Under the pieces are notes generated by a model that worked only from the letters and a program-made list of their open reading frames with translations, searched no databases and was not told the DNA's origin. From Bacteroidia bacterium (GTDB lineage Bacteria; Bacteroidota; Bacteroidia; J057; RFSG01): a stretch of DNA of 48,498 nt. Positions 48,401 through 48,498 of the stretch are shown piece after piece. The stretch covers positions 1 to 48,498 of the forward strand of contig JBEIHC010000003.1 of the NCBI GenBank assembly GCA_040381555.1, given 5' to 3'. Position numbers and translations under genes: made by a program. How positions within the stretch are numbered: the first letter of the stretch is position 1; each line of letters starts with the position of its first letter.

Positions 48401-48498
48401 CTTATAGCTTAGTGAGCATGAGCAGTCCTTGCCCCGGCAGCCTGACAGGTACGGCAGTGGTGGTGGTGAATGTTCCGCCAACAGCGGTGTTGAGTGGA
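42460..48498 (+). CDS. giant secreted repeat protein 3 (more than 2013 aa, 3' partial at window edge)
   Basis: This ORF is not in the supplied track because it has no stop in the window. I translated frame 1 at three points. ATG 42460 gives MNILLNKAREGIRVAWAMLVFILLCSSQQVIGQSVTVTSPNTNVIWQ; position 43141 gives VRYRGGGYDGYSMRSN...VTVTSPNTNVFWQANTTQAITWTSSNVDNILIEYSTNSGSSW; the last codons give ...PPTAVLSG. The plus-strand ORFs listed inside are in frames 2 and 3. I did not check every codon. Confidence 0.85.
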   Translation, partial: MNILLNKAREGIRVAWAMLVFILLCSSQQVIGQSVTVTSPNTNVIWQSATSQNITWTGAGISNVRIEYSINNGSTWILIGTQSLTTFTYPWTIPQIQGGSTFCLIRISDAINPLTFDVSNVTFTIPPSVVLDYPNGGETLYGSSVRGIRWTHDPSVSNVRLEYSSDNGSNWNSIVTTVRALQKFYAWTVPSLSSSNVLIRASNAANTTINDISNQPFTISNSVLADPVRYRGGGYDGYSMRSNLVPAVTVTSPNTNVFWQANTTQAITWTSSNVDNILIEYSTNSGSSWTTITTSPASTGYFNWNVPQIPGGSTQCLIRMTDILNGAVTDQSDVTFTIPPSIIVEYPNGGENLYSGTVRGIRWIHDPSVTNVLLEYSSDNGSSWNTIVSSVRALQKFYAWTLPGLNSSNVLVRASNATNTGINDISNSVFTINNSALVDPVRYRGGNYDGYTMRSNLIPSVTVTSPNTNVFWQANTTQAITWTSSNIDNVLLEYSTNNGSAWTTILTTSASTGYHNWSVPQIPGGSTLCLIRITDALNSVVTDMSDVTFTIPPSIILDYPNGGELLYGGSIRGIRWTHDPSVSNVLLEYSTNNGSSWTTIVSSVRALQKFYAWTIPSIASNSVLVRASNASNSGINDISDAAFSISSTTLVDPVRYRGGSYDGYAMRENSSSIVTLTSPVTNLTWLSNTNENITWTSANVVNVMLEFSSNNGSSWTIIANSLAAGSGSFTWNVVQISGGSTQCLIRISDTSDPSIFSISPVTFTIPPPITIEYPNGGETLYAGSVRGIRWIHDPSVSNVLLEYSADNGSTWSTIVSSVRALQKFYAWTVPALASSSVLVRASNASNTTINDVSNTAFTIQNSALVDPVRYRGGSFDGYAMRENTLSLVTLTSPVTAVTWQSNTNQNITWNSTNVVNVMIEFSSNNGSSWSTIAPSLAAGSGSFTWNVVQISGGSTQCLIRVSDTSDPSVFSVSSVNFIIPPPITIEYPNGGETLYAGTVRGIRWIHDPSVSNVLLEYTTNNGSSWNTIVSSVRALQKFYAWTIPSINSASVIVRASNAANTSINDVSDAVFTVSTSSFVDPIRYRGGGYDGYTMRSNAQPFITVNSPNTNVFWQASTTQTITWSSGDVDNVILEYSTDNGSSWNNIITTSASTGYHNWFVPQIPGGSTQCLIKITDAINPLISDVSNVTFTIPPSIILEYPNGGETLHAGTVRGIRWIHDPSVANVLLEYSSNNGSSWTTIVSSVRALQKFYAWTIPSISGSGILVRASNASNSNINDISDQNFTIQNAQLVDPVRYYGGSYDGYASNQTFTCPIPSATLSGNYSLCQSGTVSLSVFFTGSQPWDITWTDGTNSYPVSNITQTPYIIVVTPSVSTTYSVVSVSNSCGSGPGYLQSVVSVSSAPTASISGSEALCTGQSTTLSFVLTGSAPWDLTWTDGLSSFTQTGISASPYLVSLTPVQTRVYAPVAVSSGCSGTVSGSRTVSVGSSPTAVLSGTQAMCQSGTANLSVNFTGNSPWNLTWTDGVTPSTITGITANPLLLPVSPTLQTSYSLVSVSAGCSGTVSGNAVVSVLSLPSATLSGNNTILLGQGTTLTFNLTGASPWSIQYSNGTSSFSQTGINSSPFFASVSPTANTTYTLVSVNNNACPGGVTGSAAIVVNSLPTAALSGAHTVCAGTPATLSVNLGGPGPWNVTWTDGVNTTTQNGITSTLYTFTVTPTISTTYSLVSVTNPLVGTVSGTAVVSVTPIMNVTLSGNQTITQNQAGNLNFALTGNSPWSFSYTDGVNTIPVSGVMQNPYVVSVTPMQTTTYSLVSMSSPCPGSLTGTAVVVVNVPPTAVLSGSQSLCAGQSAVLTVTLGGGPGPYTLSWTDGNNTNTQNGITGSTYLISVTPSQSTTYSLISVSNVVPGTVSGTAVVSVTPIMNVTLSGNQTITQNQAGNLSFALTGNSPWSFSYTNGVNTIPVSGITQNPFVVSVTPMQTTTYSLVSMSSPCPGSLTGTAVVVVNVPPTAVLSG
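42562..46380 (+). repeat. 6 tandem ~637-bp coding repeats (A'-B' unit pairs) in giant protein 3
   Basis: The closing R-Y-(R/Y)-G-G-x-(Y/F)-D-G-Y codons recur at about 43144, 43783, 44421, 45063, 45706 and 46346. Long stretches are clearly alignable at the DNA level between copies. Confidence 0.9.
46405..48498 (+). repeat. 8 tandem ~261-bp (87-aa) module repeats in giant protein 3; the last four form a ~519-bp two-module duplication
   Basis: P(W/Y)-x3-(W/Y)-(T/S)-(D/N)-G codons occur near 46490, 46745, 47005, 47262, 47522, 47783, 48040 and 48300. The stretch 47695-47979 aligns with 48214-48498 without gaps. Confidence 0.9.

Noticed and set aside
22399-48498. Giant proteins as formylglycine substrates of the adjacent FGE-fold proteins
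   Set aside because: I found no C/S-x-P/A-x-R motif by eye in the translations. Cys contexts are CPPST, CTPTT, CPGNT, CSGTV and similar. No sulfatase gene is present in the window.
1-48498. Mobile element, prophage or defence island (transposase, integrase, RT, Cas, restriction-modification, toxin-antitoxin)
   Set aside because: None of the ORFs shows motifs of these families. I saw no flanking tRNA or inverted terminal repeats. The accessory-looking part of the window is made up of surface-protein genes rather than mobile DNA.

Overview
This window looks like chromosomal DNA from a Bacteroidota organism. The evidence is several T9SS type-A C-terminal sorting domains, a Bacteroidetes-style TTTG/TAnnTTTG promoter, and no obvious Shine-Dalgarno sites. 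Bases 1-22 kb are mostly housekeeping genes: prfA, lpxH, ftsH, ridA, tpiA, ssb, comEC, a 5'-nucleotidase, a TPR/SpoIIE phosphatase and a universal stress protein, among others. These are interrupted by unusual intergenic tandem repeats. Bases 22-48.5 kb are dominated by three giant Ser/Thr/Gly/Asn-rich secreted repeat proteins of 1361 aa, 2654 aa and more than 2013 aa; the last runs off the window. All three share an ~87-aa two-cysteine module. The last two giants are each preceded, with a 20-34 nt gap on the same strand, by paralogous secreted proteins with an FGE-sulfatase fold resembling GldJ/GldK. I read this as a tandemly duplicated 'partner + giant T9SS cargo' cassette, and it is my best candidate for an undescribed system. 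Other notable items are listed below.
- A bacterial BPTI/Kunitz-domain lipoprotein lies divergent from an M1 metallopeptidase.
- A ~110-bp x4 tandem repeat carries one canonical G-quadruplex motif per unit.
- Two 17-bp tandem arrays share a TTAGGGTAA core.
I saw no rRNA, tRNA, CRISPR array, transposase, integrase or recognisable defence genes. All family calls rest on motif recognition by eye; no searches were run.
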